Counted from the stretch's first letter, positions 52,613 through 62,112 are shown. The stretch: DNA of 64,000 nt from Rhabdothermincola salaria (GCF_021246445.1 NZ_JAJQXW010000001.1:1196168-1260167), one strand, 5' to 3'. Notes: a model not told the origin generated them from the sequence alone. Made by a program: numbers and translations.

Positions 52613-54028
52613 TCAGGCGGGAGGGGCAGCAACGAGCGCCAGCGCCAGCGACCCCACGGCGAGGACCGCAGCAGAGCCGGCGACGACGAGGGAGGTGCGA
52701 TAGCGCAGTGCAGGCACCGCAGCCGCGAGCAGCGCTGGTATCAGCGCAAGGCCATACCGGCTCGGGATGACCACGTAGAGGCCTTGCACGATCGCGTTGA
52801 AGAGGACGAGGAGCGGGCCCAGCAGGGGCAAGAGCACGAGGGCGCAGACACCGAGCGATCGTTCTCGGCTTCCCCGCACCGCGAGGATCGTTCCCGCCAC
52901 CGCACCGACGACGATCAACATGGCGACGATGGCCGCCATCGCCATCACGCCGTCGGTCTGGAGGATGTCGGGCAGGTAGGGCGTCTGCAGGGGGCTGACC
53001 GTCTGGCTCCAGGAGCTCGCCATCTCGACGAGCGGGAAGCTCGTGATCTCGTAGCGTGACACCATCGGAATCGTCGATGGCGGTGCTTCCTGGAGCACGC
53101 GCTGCGCGACGAACCAACCGAACGACACCACACCGACGACGACGACGAGACCGCCGGCCATCGTCAAGAGGCGCCGCGCGCGCGACTCCGGTTGCCAGAA
53201 GCGCTCCTTCAGCCCGAAGCGGGTGGAGCGCAGCCCTTCCTCATCCGTGCTGTTCACGGCACGGACGACGAGGTAGGCCACGACGACGGCGACACCCACC
53301 AGGTTCGTCACCTTGATGGCCGCGGCCAACCCCACCAGTGCGAGGGGCACCCACGTCGTCATCCGGCCGCGTTCCCATCGCAGAGTCGCCCACAGCAGCG
53401 CCGCACCAGTCAGCAGTGCGGTCCCATCCGGGTTGATCGTGGCGCTCGCGTGCAACACCGTCGGAGCGGTGACGGCCAGCAGGATGAGACTCGATCGCCC
53501 GAGGAGTCCGGCCCCCAGCTCGGCGAGCAGCAGCCACAGGAAGACGACACTGCCCACCACCCAGGTCAGCCCGGCCAGCCTCCCGGTTGTCAGCAGGTCG
53601 TGGTCACCAGGAAGGACGACGTCGATCCCTCTCGCGAGGACCCCGCCGACCATGTAGTAGGTCGGGGGGTGGATGAACGCCGTGTTGTATCCCTCTTCCT
53701 GGAAGGTGGCAGGGTCGAGGTAGGGACCATCAGCGGGCTGACAGGGCGGTACTGCTTCGTCGAAGGGGGAATCGATGCGTTGACAGGTCTGGATCCGAAG
53801 CGTCTCCTGCCCCATCCGCTCCCCACTGCCGATGAGATCGCCCCGGGGGATGCGGATCAACGAATCGAGATGCTGAGCCTCGTCGATCGGCGACAGCTCG
53901 GTGTAGCGCAACATGTGGGCCACGTTGATCCCGCACGCAACGACGAGCAGCGCCGCGAGGGTGAGCCCCGCCCGGGTCCGCGCCGAGCGTTCCGGGTGGC
54001 CGGTTGCAGGGAGGTGCTCGTCGTTCAC
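52613..54028 (-). CDS. GT-C fold membrane glycosyltransferase (DUF2142/PMT-like)
   Basis: TM1 followed by SPIDEAQH, HPPTYY, INPDG, AIK, RY motifs; about 10 TMs; start estimated at GTG 54028. Confidence 0.72.
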   Translation of the reverse strand: MNDEHLPATGHPERSARTRAGLTLAALLVVACGINVAHMLRYTELSPIDEAQHLDSLIRIPRGDLIGSGERMGQETLRIQTCQRIDSPFDEAVPPCQPADGPYLDPATFQEEGYNTAFIHPPTYYMVGGVLARGIDVVLPGDHDLLTTGRLAGLTWVVGSVVFLWLLLAELGAGLLGRSSLILLAVTAPTVLHASATINPDGTALLTGAALLWATLRWERGRMTTWVPLALVGLAAAIKVTNLVGVAVVVAYLVVRAVNSTDEEGLRSTRFGLKERFWQPESRARRLLTMAGGLVVVVGVVSFGWFVAQRVLQEAPPSTIPMVSRYEITSFPLVEMASSWSQTVSPLQTPYLPDILQTDGVMAMAAIVAMLIVVGAVAGTILAVRGSRERSLGVCALVLLPLLGPLLVLFNAIVQGLYVVIPSRYGLALIPALLAAAVPALRYRTSLVVAGSAAVLAVGSLALALVAAPPA

Positions 54029-54065
54029 CAAGAGATGACGATGGGTCTCGGCACGGGACGCGACC

Positions 54066-55331
54066 CTAGCTTCCGGGCCTGAGGTCGCCGGGCAACGCAG
54101 ACCGGTCGGCGGCCAACCGTGGACGTGTGCACCAGTCCGCGAGCGGAGCGGCGGCGCTCGACCACGTGGACCGGGCCGCCCGCGAGGCGATCCGCGCCGA
54201 CCGCCGCCGAGCTGTCTCGGCGGTCTCGCCGGCGAGCGACCGCAGCGCCGCCGCCACGGCCCCGGCGCTCCCGAAGGGAACGACCGCGCCGAGCTCCTCC
54301 CCCTCCACGATGTCGGCGAAGTGATCACCCTGCGTGCACAGGATCGGAAGACCGGCCCACAGGTAGTCGAGGATCCTGGTGCGGAACGAGAACGTGGTCT
54401 CGACGTGGTCGTGGTGGAGGCTGACCCCGATGTCCGCCGAGAGCAACCAGTCCCCCCGCTCGGCGTAGGGCACCCATCGTTCGACGAGCACGACCCGCCG
54501 ACCCAGCACGCCGAGGTCGTCGGCGAGCTGCCGGGTGCGCTCGACCAGCGGCGAGGCCCCCACTGCCGGGGTGGGGTGGGGTCCGGCGAGGAAGACGGCG
54601 ACCACCCGCTCGTCCTCGCACCGCGCCACTGCCCGGACGAGGGTCAGGGGATCGAGCCAGCCGTAGAGCCCCCCGCCCCACAGCGCCACCACCGCGTCGT
54701 CGGCCACCAGCCCGGCCGATCCGCGCAGCGGATCCCCCCCGGTCGGCTCCGGTGGGTCGCTGGGGGTCCCGAAGGGCACGACGGCGCAGAGCGACCGCAG
54801 GGTGGGGTCCTCGGCCACGGTCCGGGGGTTCACCCGTCCGGCGGCCACGAGCAGGCCCAGCACCAGGTGGCGCTGACGTTCGCTGGCGACCAGCACCAGG
54901 TCGGCCCGCTCGAGCGGATCGAGGAGGTGACGGCGGGCGGCCGACACCCAATCCCGCTGCTCGTTGACGGGTGAGCCCTGGAACCGCACCAGCGTCTCGA
55001 GCAGCCCGGGATCGTAGGCGTCGACCACGACCGGGATCCCCAGCTCGAAGATCCACGGCCGCTCGGCCAGCACCGCGGAGAACCCCACGACAGCGTCGGC
55101 CCCCTGCAGCCTCGCCCGCACGGCCTCGTCGTCCTCGACCGCCGAGACCGGCGGTGTCCCGGCCGGAAGGGGGCCGCTGACCTCGGGGGCCAGGACCTCC
55201 ACCGGATGCCCTTCGGCGGCGAGCGCCCGGGCCAGTTCGACCGCCCTGATGGCCGGCCCGGCCATGAGGGGCCCGACCGGGTCCCCGGTCAGGAAGCAGA
55301 TCCGGCCCGCACCCCTCGCCGTCGCGTTCAA
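54066..55331 (-). CDS. GT4 glycosyltransferase, paralog of the C-terminal domain of 42490-44964
   Basis: MAGPAIR, DAYDP, ASERQR, WGGGLYGWLDP, FRTRILDYLW. Confidence 0.88.
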   Translation of the reverse strand: MNATARGAGRICFLTGDPVGPLMAGPAIRAVELARALAAEGHPVEVLAPEVSGPLPAGTPPVSAVEDDEAVRARLQGADAVVGFSAVLAERPWIFELGIPVVVDAYDPGLLETLVRFQGSPVNEQRDWVSAARRHLLDPLERADLVLVASERQRHLVLGLLVAAGRVNPRTVAEDPTLRSLCAVVPFGTPSDPPEPTGGDPLRGSAGLVADDAVVALWGGGLYGWLDPLTLVRAVARCEDERVVAVFLAGPHPTPAVGASPLVERTRQLADDLGVLGRRVVLVERWVPYAERGDWLLSADIGVSLHHDHVETTFSFRTRILDYLWAGLPILCTQGDHFADIVEGEELGAVVPFGSAGAVAAALRSLAGETAETARRRSARIASRAARSTWSSAAAPLADWCTRPRLAADRSALPGDLRPGS

Positions 55332-56656
55332 ATCTCGATGGGTTCGTGCTCGATGGCCTCGACCAGCGGTTCGATGCCGATCCCCTCGGCCAACCCGATC
55401 CGCGACCAGGTGGCGAAGCCCATGGCGGTGGCCGCGGCCGCCGATCCGACGATGAAGCCGATCTCGACCCTCAGCTCCAGATCGGGGATGATCGCGATCA
55501 CGGCGAGGCAGGCCAGCAGGCCGAGGGCCCAGGAGCCCGCCATCAGCTTGTGCCCACCCAGGGCCATGAGCGCCTGGGCGAGGGTCATGGCGACGATGAA
55601 CGCGCCGCTGCCGGCGGCCAGTAGACCGAGGCCGGTGGCTCCGAGGTTGAAGTCGTTGAACAGGATGCGCCCGACGAAGGGGCCCACGGTGAAGGCCCCG
55701 ATGGCGCCCAGGACGGCCACGCCCACGACGACGAGCAACAGCTTCTGGAGCCCCACGCGGAACTCGTCGTGGCGCCCGGACCCGGCCAGCCCGGCGAGCT
55801 TGGGCAGCAGCGTGCCCTGTATCGCCTGGAACGCCAGCACCGGCACGCGGGCGACGAAGAACGCGGAGGCGAACCCGGCGGCCAGGACGGCTTCGTCCGG
55901 GCCGCTGAGCAGGTTCACGGCCAGCAGGGGCGAGTAGGCCAGCGACTGGGTCAGCACCGACCCCAGCATCAGCCAGCCCAGGGCGGCCGAGAGCTCGCTG
56001 TACGGCGCGTCGGGTCCCGTCTCGAGCAGACCTCGCTGGCGCCGCAGGGCGAAGGCGGCGGCGAAGAACGGGGCGATGGCCAGCACCATGGCGTAGGCGC
56101 CGGCGCGGTCCACCCCGACCCCCGCCAGCGCGAGGGCGCCCACGAGGCGCAGGATGCCCTCGGCGGCCAGCAGCTCGCCGTAGGCCCGGAACCGACCCTG
56201 CCCGGCGAGCACGCCGCGCGTGAGGTGCACGACGTAGAACCCGATGAGGCCCACCACGATCGCGGGCACGAACAGCATGTCGCCGTGGTAGAGGCGATCG
56301 TTGAGCAGCGGCGTCGACGCCACCGACGCGATGATCAGGACCAGGGTGATGAGGCCGCCCAGGCGGGCCGCCCGGTGCACCAGGGGGCCGCCGCCGAGGC
56401 CCTGCGCCCGGCGGTGGGCGACCGCTCGGCCCACCTCCTGTTCGAGGGGGAGGAAGAAGCCGGGCCCGGCCACGAAGATGACCGCCCAGAACGCCGAGAA
56501 GGCCGCGGCTGCGCCGCCGACGAGCGAGTTCAGGGAGATGACGACGAAGACGTACGAGGTGAGGGCGGCGACGGCCAGGCCGGCACCGACCGACGTCGTG
56601 CCCTCGGGCAGCGTCTGACGGGCCTGGGCGGCGATCCGCGTGGCCTTGGCCTTCAT
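55328..56656 (-). CDS. Wzx/MOP-like flippase
   Basis: About 12 TMs; PLEQEVGR, RGVLAG..RFRAYG, ARVP..FQAIQ..LLPKL motifs of actinobacterial polysaccharide flippases. Confidence 0.75.
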   Translation of the reverse strand: MKAKATRIAAQARQTLPEGTTSVGAGLAVAALTSYVFVVISLNSLVGGAAAAFSAFWAVIFVAGPGFFLPLEQEVGRAVAHRRAQGLGGGPLVHRAARLGGLITLVLIIASVASTPLLNDRLYHGDMLFVPAIVVGLIGFYVVHLTRGVLAGQGRFRAYGELLAAEGILRLVGALALAGVGVDRAGAYAMVLAIAPFFAAAFALRRQRGLLETGPDAPYSELSAALGWLMLGSVLTQSLAYSPLLAVNLLSGPDEAVLAAGFASAFFVARVPVLAFQAIQGTLLPKLAGLAGSGRHDEFRVGLQKLLLVVVGVAVLGAIGAFTVGPFVGRILFNDFNLGATGLGLLAAGSGAFIVAMTLAQALMALGGHKLMAGSWALGLLACLAVIAIIPDLELRVEIGFIVGSAAAATAMGFATWSRIGLAEGIGIEPLVEAIEHEPIEI

Positions 56657-57627
56657 CGGGTGGCCTCGGCGACCCGGGCCGAACCGACGATCTGGTCGAG
56701 GACCTCGTGCGGAGGAAGGATGGAACGGCGCTCCGCGTCGACGTCGCCGGCGCCTGCGGCCAGTGCCACGAAGTGCTCGAGCTGGGTGACCAGGGGCTCG
56801 CGGGCGTCGAGGATGGCCGGGATGTCGATCACCGTCTGCTGGCGGTAGCCGGTCTGGCGGCCCTCGAGGAAGTCGGCGCCCACGTGGTGGTACACGGTGA
56901 TGTCACGCCGGAGCAGGTCGACCTCGATGAGACGTTCGAGCTCGGCGACCTGCAGGGTGCGCAGCTTGCGCTGGGAGACCCGGCTGGCCGAGAGGCCCGC
57001 CACCAGACCCCGGGGGAACGACAGCGCGATCTCCGCGATGTCCTCGGAGCCCGGCGGGGACGTGGGGTGGCACCTCGAGAGCTGGGCCTGCACGCGATCG
57101 GGGCGCTCACCGGCCAGCCGGATGGCGAGGTCGACGTCGTGGATGGCGAGGTCGAACGCCACGCCCTGGGTGATGCGCGGCGTGTGCGGCGAGTGGCGCA
57201 CCACGTTCACGTGGACGGGGTTCTCGACGATCTCGTGCATCTTGAGCACTGCCGGGTTGAACCGCTCGAGCAGCCCGCAGACGAGCGGGACGCCGTTGGC
57301 CTCGGAGGCCTCGACCAACCGACGGGCCTCGTCGAGATCCTGCGACAGCGGCTTCTCGACCAGCGTGGGACGACCGGCGTCGAGCGACCGCAGCGCCCAC
57401 TCGAGGTGGGTCTCGCTGGGCGTGGCCACGACGAGGGCGTCGATCGCGCCGAAGTCATCGAGGTCGGGGACCCACTTCGAGCCCCACGTCTCGGCGGTGG
57501 CCAGTCCTCGCGTGGCGTCGGTGTCGACGACGAAGGTGAGCTCGGTCGAGAGGTGCTGGGCGATGACCCGGGCGTGCAGCGAGCCCATCATCCCCGAGCC
57601 CACGAGGGCGATCCGTAGTGGCGACAT
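56653..57627 (-). CDS. Gfo/Idh/MocA oxidoreductase (GnnA/WlbA-like NDP-sugar 3-dehydrogenase)
   Basis: VGSGMMGSLH, ATPSETH, LVEKP, ERFNPA, DLAIHDVD, ASRVS. Confidence 0.85.
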   Translation of the reverse strand: MSPLRIALVGSGMMGSLHARVIAQHLSTELTFVVDTDATRGLATAETWGSKWVPDLDDFGAIDALVVATPSETHLEWALRSLDAGRPTLVEKPLSQDLDEARRLVEASEANGVPLVCGLLERFNPAVLKMHEIVENPVHVNVVRHSPHTPRITQGVAFDLAIHDVDLAIRLAGERPDRVQAQLSRCHPTSPPGSEDIAEIALSFPRGLVAGLSASRVSQRKLRTLQVAELERLIEVDLLRRDITVYHHVGADFLEGRQTGYRQQTVIDIPAILDAREPLVTQLEHFVALAAGAGDVDAERRSILPPHEVLDQIVGSARVAEATR

Positions 57628-57712
57628 TCGTGATCGAAAGTACCACCGGCGCGTCGGCGGCCCGGGAACCCCGGCGGGTGCCGTGGGGCGCCGTTGGGCG
57701 CCCCGGAGCGGG

Positions 57713-58900
57713 CTAGGGCCGGTTCTCGGCGATCGCCCGTTCGTAGAGGTCGAGGTGGGCGGCGGTCACGGCCTCCATGGAGAAGCGCTCCTCGATGAGG
57801 CGCCGCCCACCCTCTCCGACCTGGCGCCGTAGAGCCGGGTCGTCGAGCAGCCGCACGAACGCGTCGGCGATGCCTCGGAGATCGCCGGCGCGGGCCAGCA
57901 GCACGTTCTCGCCGTCGACGAGACGACCGGTCGGGTAGTTGTCGGGGAGCGCGGTGGTCACCACCGGCACCCCGGCCGCCAGCATCTCCAGGCTGGCGGT
58001 GCCGAAGCCGAGATCCTGCAGGTCGTGGGCCTCGACGTCCGCCGCCGCCGCGAAGTCCGGCACCTCGTGCTTGGGCACCGCGCCGGTGACGATGAGCGAC
58101 CCGTCCACGCCCAACTCCTTCGCCCGCCGCTCGAAGCGGTCGTCGTAGACGTGACCGACCACCACCACGGCCACGTCGGGAACCTTCTCGAGGATGCGAG
58201 GCATGGCCTCGACCAGGGCGAGACGATCGCGGAGCGGGATGACGTGGCCCAACGACAGGATCGTCGGGCGGTCGCCGATGCCGAGGCGATCTCGCACCGT
58301 CGCCCCGTCGCCGGTGGTGAAGCGGTCGGTCTCGACCCCCACCGGGATGTCGACGACGTGGTCCTCGGCGATGCCGTAGCGGGCTCGCACGTACGTGTGC
58401 ACCGGACCGTCGACCGCCACCACCCACGGCCGCGACGCCCGCACGAGGGCCCGCACCACCGTGAGGTCGCCCGCGGCCATCACCCCGCCGTGCAGGCGGC
58501 TGGGGCTGATGAGGCGGGTGTGCACCGACAGTACGACGGGGACGTGGCGACGCCGAGCCCACAGGGTGCTCATCCAGGTCAGGTCGAAGAACTGCCCGTG
58601 CTGGTGGACGACGTCGGGTGCGAACTCGTCGAGGAGCCGGAACGCCCGACGGATGTTCCGCGGGGAGGCTGCGAACGGGATGTCGTAGTTGAACGCCAGC
58701 CGCGACGTGGGCGCGAACCCCGGGAGTCGCACCACCCGCAACCCCCCGACCGTCTCCTCGGGCGGGGCGTCGGGGAACGACGAGGTGATGACCATCACCT
58801 CGTGGCCGGCCTCGGCGCAGTGGCGGGCCACCGCCTCGCTCAGGTGGGCGCTGCCCCCGGCCCGCGGCGGGAAAAAGGCGTTGACGACGGCGATGCGCAC
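57713..58900 (-). CDS. GT4 glycosyltransferase
   Basis: FFPPRAGGS, GHEV, VVLSVHT, GFGTASLEMLAAGVPVV. Confidence 0.85.
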   Translation of the reverse strand: MRIAVVNAFFPPRAGGSAHLSEAVARHCAEAGHEVMVITSSFPDAPPEETVGGLRVVRLPGFAPTSRLAFNYDIPFAASPRNIRRAFRLLDEFAPDVVHQHGQFFDLTWMSTLWARRRHVPVVLSVHTRLISPSRLHGGVMAAGDLTVVRALVRASRPWVVAVDGPVHTYVRARYGIAEDHVVDIPVGVETDRFTTGDGATVRDRLGIGDRPTILSLGHVIPLRDRLALVEAMPRILEKVPDVAVVVVGHVYDDRFERRAKELGVDGSLIVTGAVPKHEVPDFAAAADVEAHDLQDLGFGTASLEMLAAGVPVVTTALPDNYPTGRLVDGENVLLARAGDLRGIADAFVRLLDDPALRRQVGEGGRRLIEERFSMEAVTAAHLDLYERAIAENRP

Positions 58901-58909
58901 GGTACCGGT

Positions 58910-60019
58910 CTAGTTCCCGAAGGCTCGGCGCACTGCGGTGACCACCTGGTCGAGGTCGCCGGAGGTGAGGTGGGGGTGCACGGGCAGGCTGAGCACCTCG
59001 GCGGCGGCGCGTGCGGCGTTGGGGGTCTCACCGGCGACGACCCCCGGGTGGTCCTGGTAGCAGGCGTAGTCGTGCACCAGCCGGGGGTAGTAGATGCCGC
59101 TGCCCACACCCGCGTCGGCCAGGCGCTCGCCCAGCTCGTCTCGGGTGAGCGGGGCGTCGTCGGTCACCCGGACGGTGTACTGGTGGTAGACGTGGCGCCG
59201 CCCCGCGACCTCGGGGGGCGTCACCAGCCCCTCGAGGCCACTGAGGCCTTCGTCGAGGGCGGCGGCGTTGGCCCGCCGGGCCTCGGTGATCTCGTCGAGA
59301 CGTTTCATCTGGGGGATGCCCACCGCCGCCTGCAGGTCGGTCATGCGGTAGTTGTGCCCCGCCAGCTCGTACTGGTAGCGGGCCCGCATCCCCTGGTTGC
59401 GCAGGAGGCGGAGCCGATCGGCCAGGTGGTCGTCGTCGGTGGTGACCACTCCCCCCTCGCCGGTCGTGACGTTCTTGGTGGCGTACAGCGAGAAGCAGGC
59501 CTGGCCGAACGCACCCACCCGGCGGCCGTGGACCTCCGCCCCGTGGGCCTGGGCGGCGTCTTCGACGACGGCGAGACCGTGGCGCTCGGCCATCGGGACG
59601 AGCGCGTCCATGTCTGCGGCCTGGCCGTAGAGGTGCACCGGCATCAGGACCCGGGTCCGGTCGGTCAGCGCACCCTCCACCGACGCCGCGTCGAGCCCGA
59701 AGTCGTCGAGGTCGATGTCGGCGAAGCGCACGGTGGCCCCGGCCTCGAGGGCGGCGTTGAGGGTGGCCACGAAGGTGAACGGGGTGGTCACCACCTCGTC
59801 GCCCGGTTCGAGCTCGAGCGCCTGGAGCGCGGCCACGAGGGCGGTGGTGCCGTTGTTGACGGCGACTGCGTGACGAGCACCGGTCATGGCGCTGAAGAGC
59901 TCTTCGAGGCGGGCGACCTTCGCACCCTGGGCGAGCATCCCCGATCGGAGCACCTCCAGCACCAGCTGCTCCTCGGCCTCGCCGAAGCGCACGGTGGTGA
60001 TGGGAACAGTGATCGTCAT
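58910..60019 (-). CDS. DegT/DnrJ/EryC1/StrS sugar aminotransferase (GnnB/WlbC-like)
   Basis: NGTTAL, TPFTFVAT, PVHLYGQ, EDAAQAHGA, SLYATKNVTTGEGG (PLP Lys), NYRMTD, VYHQYT; start ATG 60019. Confidence 0.93.
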   Translation of the reverse strand: MTITVPITTVRFGEAEEQLVLEVLRSGMLAQGAKVARLEELFSAMTGARHAVAVNNGTTALVAALQALELEPGDEVVTTPFTFVATLNAALEAGATVRFADIDLDDFGLDAASVEGALTDRTRVLMPVHLYGQAADMDALVPMAERHGLAVVEDAAQAHGAEVHGRRVGAFGQACFSLYATKNVTTGEGGVVTTDDDHLADRLRLLRNQGMRARYQYELAGHNYRMTDLQAAVGIPQMKRLDEITEARRANAAALDEGLSGLEGLVTPPEVAGRRHVYHQYTVRVTDDAPLTRDELGERLADAGVGSGIYYPRLVHDYACYQDHPGVVAGETPNAARAAAEVLSLPVHPHLTSGDLDQVVTAVRRAFGN

Positions 60020-60099
60020 GTGATGGCCCGCATAGCGTCCAAGATGGTAGTCACCCGCCGTTCCGGTCCAGACGACCGGTCCACCACCTGAGGGATGCG

Positions 60100-60825
60100 A
60101 TGCCCCGTCCTGCCGCCATCCACCGCACGGCCATCGTCGCACCCGAGGTCGAGATCGGCGAGGGGACGGTGATCGGCCCCTACGCGGTGGTCGTGGCACC
60201 GTGCCGCATCGGCGACGACTGCTGGATCGGCCCTCATGCCGTGGTGGGCACCACCGCCGAGCACGTCGGCGAGATGGTCGTGCAGACAGTGGCATCGGAG
60301 GGTCCAGCTCCGACCGACGAGGAGATGTGGTTCGGTCGTCACGGCCGAGGGGTGCAGATCGGTTCGCGGACGATCCTCCGAGAGCGCTGCACGGTCCACT
60401 CGGGGACCGCCGGCCCGACCGTCATCGGAGACGACGTGTTCATGATGAACACGTCGCACGTGGCCCACGACGGCGTCCTCGGCGATCGGGTCCGGATGGC
60501 CAGCTACTCGACGTTGGGGGGCCACGTGACCATCGGCGACGACGCCAACATCGGCCTGGCGGCTGCGGTGCACCAGTGGCGGGTGGTCGGCGCCGGCGCC
60601 ATGGTCGGCATGCAGGCTGCCGTCGTGAAGGACGTGGCGCCGTACCAGCTGGTCAAGGGCGTGCCCGCCGCCCCCGGCGGGGTGAACGCGGTCTGGCTGG
60701 AGCGCGCAGGCTATTCCGCGGCCGACATCGCCGGACTGACCCGCTTCTACGAGGGCGAGGCCGACGCCCTCCCGGCCGCGTTCGCCGACGCGCTGGCGTT
60801 GTGGGAGGCGTCGCGCCGAGCCTGA
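60100..60825 (+). CDS. LpxA-like left-handed beta-helix acyltransferase
   Basis: IHRTAIV hexapeptides, RE..TVHSGT, HVAHD, LGGHV, AVHQ, KDVAPY, GVN..L.R.G, colinear with LpxA. Confidence 0.85.
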   Translation: MPRPAAIHRTAIVAPEVEIGEGTVIGPYAVVVAPCRIGDDCWIGPHAVVGTTAEHVGEMVVQTVASEGPAPTDEEMWFGRHGRGVQIGSRTILRERCTVHSGTAGPTVIGDDVFMMNTSHVAHDGVLGDRVRMASYSTLGGHVTIGDDANIGLAAAVHQWRVVGAGAMVGMQAAVVKDVAPYQLVKGVPAAPGGVNAVWLERAGYSAADIAGLTRFYEGEADALPAAFADALALWEASRRA

Positions 60826-60909
60826 GGCTTCCCGGCCGCCCGACGCGCCGTATCGGGGTCACACCGTTCCCGTCCGACGCGCCGGCCTCGGCCAGGCCCT
60901 CGTGCCCCG

Positions 60910-61320
60910 TCAGCTGCTGGGCTGTCCCGGCGGCTCCGGCGACTCGTCGCTGCGGGTCGCAGGTCCCCCCGAGGATCCGAGTGCGGGCGGCTCAGCGTCA
61001 TCGCTCGAGAGCAGTGCCACTTCCTGGGCGAGGACCTCGACCCGCTCCTCCAGGCGGCTCACGTGCACCGTGAGGTTGATGCAGACGATCAGCAGGAAGA
61101 CGAAGGCCAGAGCGAAGACCAGGCTGGTGCCGTACACGATGCCGATGGCGCTCGAGAGGCGGTCGACGAGCGGTCGAGCGAGCCCCAGGAGCACGCCCAT
61201 GACGCCGACCCCGAGCCACAGCAGGGCGTAGTTCTCCGAGAGGCGCCGCCGCCGCACCACCTCGAGGATCACGACCAACAACACGATGGCCAACGACAAC
61301 ACCGCGATCTCGAGCTTCAC
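60910..61320 (-). CDS. DUF2304 family membrane protein (GacJ/Rv3632-like)
   Basis: VRRRRLSENYALLWL, GIVY, SRLEE..LAQEVAL; 3 TMs; overlaps the upstream GT2. Confidence 0.88.
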   Translation of the reverse strand: MKLEIAVLSLAIVLLVVILEVVRRRRLSENYALLWLGVGVMGVLLGLARPLVDRLSSAIGIVYGTSLVFALAFVFLLIVCINLTVHVSRLEERVEVLAQEVALLSSDDAEPPALGSSGGPATRSDESPEPPGQPSS

Positions 61321-62042
61321 GATCCCCCTCCGACGAGTGCAGGCCGACGGAACCGATGGATGGAGACCACCAGCATGAGCCGTACCAGGTGGAACACGCT
61401 CTTGATCCTGCCCGCCGACGCGCGACCGCCCATCCGTTCGCGCATGCGGACGGGCACCTCGGCGATGCGCAACCCGTCGTCGTGCGCCAGCAGCAGAGCC
61501 TCCACCGTGTCCGACAGGTACTGCGACGGGTAGCTCGCAGCGAAGCGGTCGACGGCGCGGGCGCTGAAGGCCCGGAACCCACTCGTCGTGTCCGTGATCT
61601 CGACACCGAGGCGCCGCGACACCGTGCGCGACAGGGCCCGCATGCTCAGCCGGCGCAGTCCCGAGACCTGGTATCCCTCGGCGAACCTGGACCCCACGAC
61701 GAGATCGACGCCTCCGTCGACGACCGCCGCGACCAGAGCATGGGCTCCCGCGGTGTCGTGCTGGCCGTCGGCATCGACCTGGATCACGACCGGGTACCCG
61801 GTCCTTCGCGCGTACTTGAAACCGGTGCGCAGCGCCGCCCCCACCCCGAGGTTGAAGGGGTGTCGGACGACCACGGCCCCGGCGTCCCTCGCCAACAGGG
61901 CCGTTCGGTCGCTCGAGCCATCGTCGATCACCAGCACATCGGCCTCGAGATCGCCGATGATCGCTTTGACGACGTCGCCGACAGTCGCTTCTTCGTTGAG
62001 TGCGGGCACGATGGCGAGCAACGTGCCATGCGGGTCGGCCAC
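61317..62042 (-). CDS. GT2 polyprenol-phosphate glycosyltransferase (GacI/PpgS-like)
   Basis: VPALNE, IDDGS, NLGVGAALRTG, DADGQH, GSRF, DTTSGFRA. Confidence 0.9.
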   Translation of the reverse strand: MADPHGTLLAIVPALNEEATVGDVVKAIIGDLEADVLVIDDGSSDRTALLARDAGAVVVRHPFNLGVGAALRTGFKYARRTGYPVVIQVDADGQHDTAGAHALVAAVVDGGVDLVVGSRFAEGYQVSGLRRLSMRALSRTVSRRLGVEITDTTSGFRAFSARAVDRFAASYPSQYLSDTVEALLLAHDDGLRIAEVPVRMRERMGGRASAGRIKSVFHLVRLMLVVSIHRFRRPALVGGGS

Positions 62043-62112
62043 CGCCAGACCCTAGCTGGCCACCTCTACCGGCCCATCTCGGGGACGACCGCGGGGGCGA
62101 CCTCCGTCAGCC

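Noticed and set aside
43590..55331. Invertible segment bounded by the inverted GT4 paralogs
   Set aside because: The DNA copies are visibly diverged, and no recombinase or perfect inverted repeats were seen
60100..60825. Evidence of true lipid A/LPS or of a contaminating Gram-negative fragment
   Set aside because: No other lpx/kdo genes in the window; codon style and neighbours are continuous with the actinobacterial context
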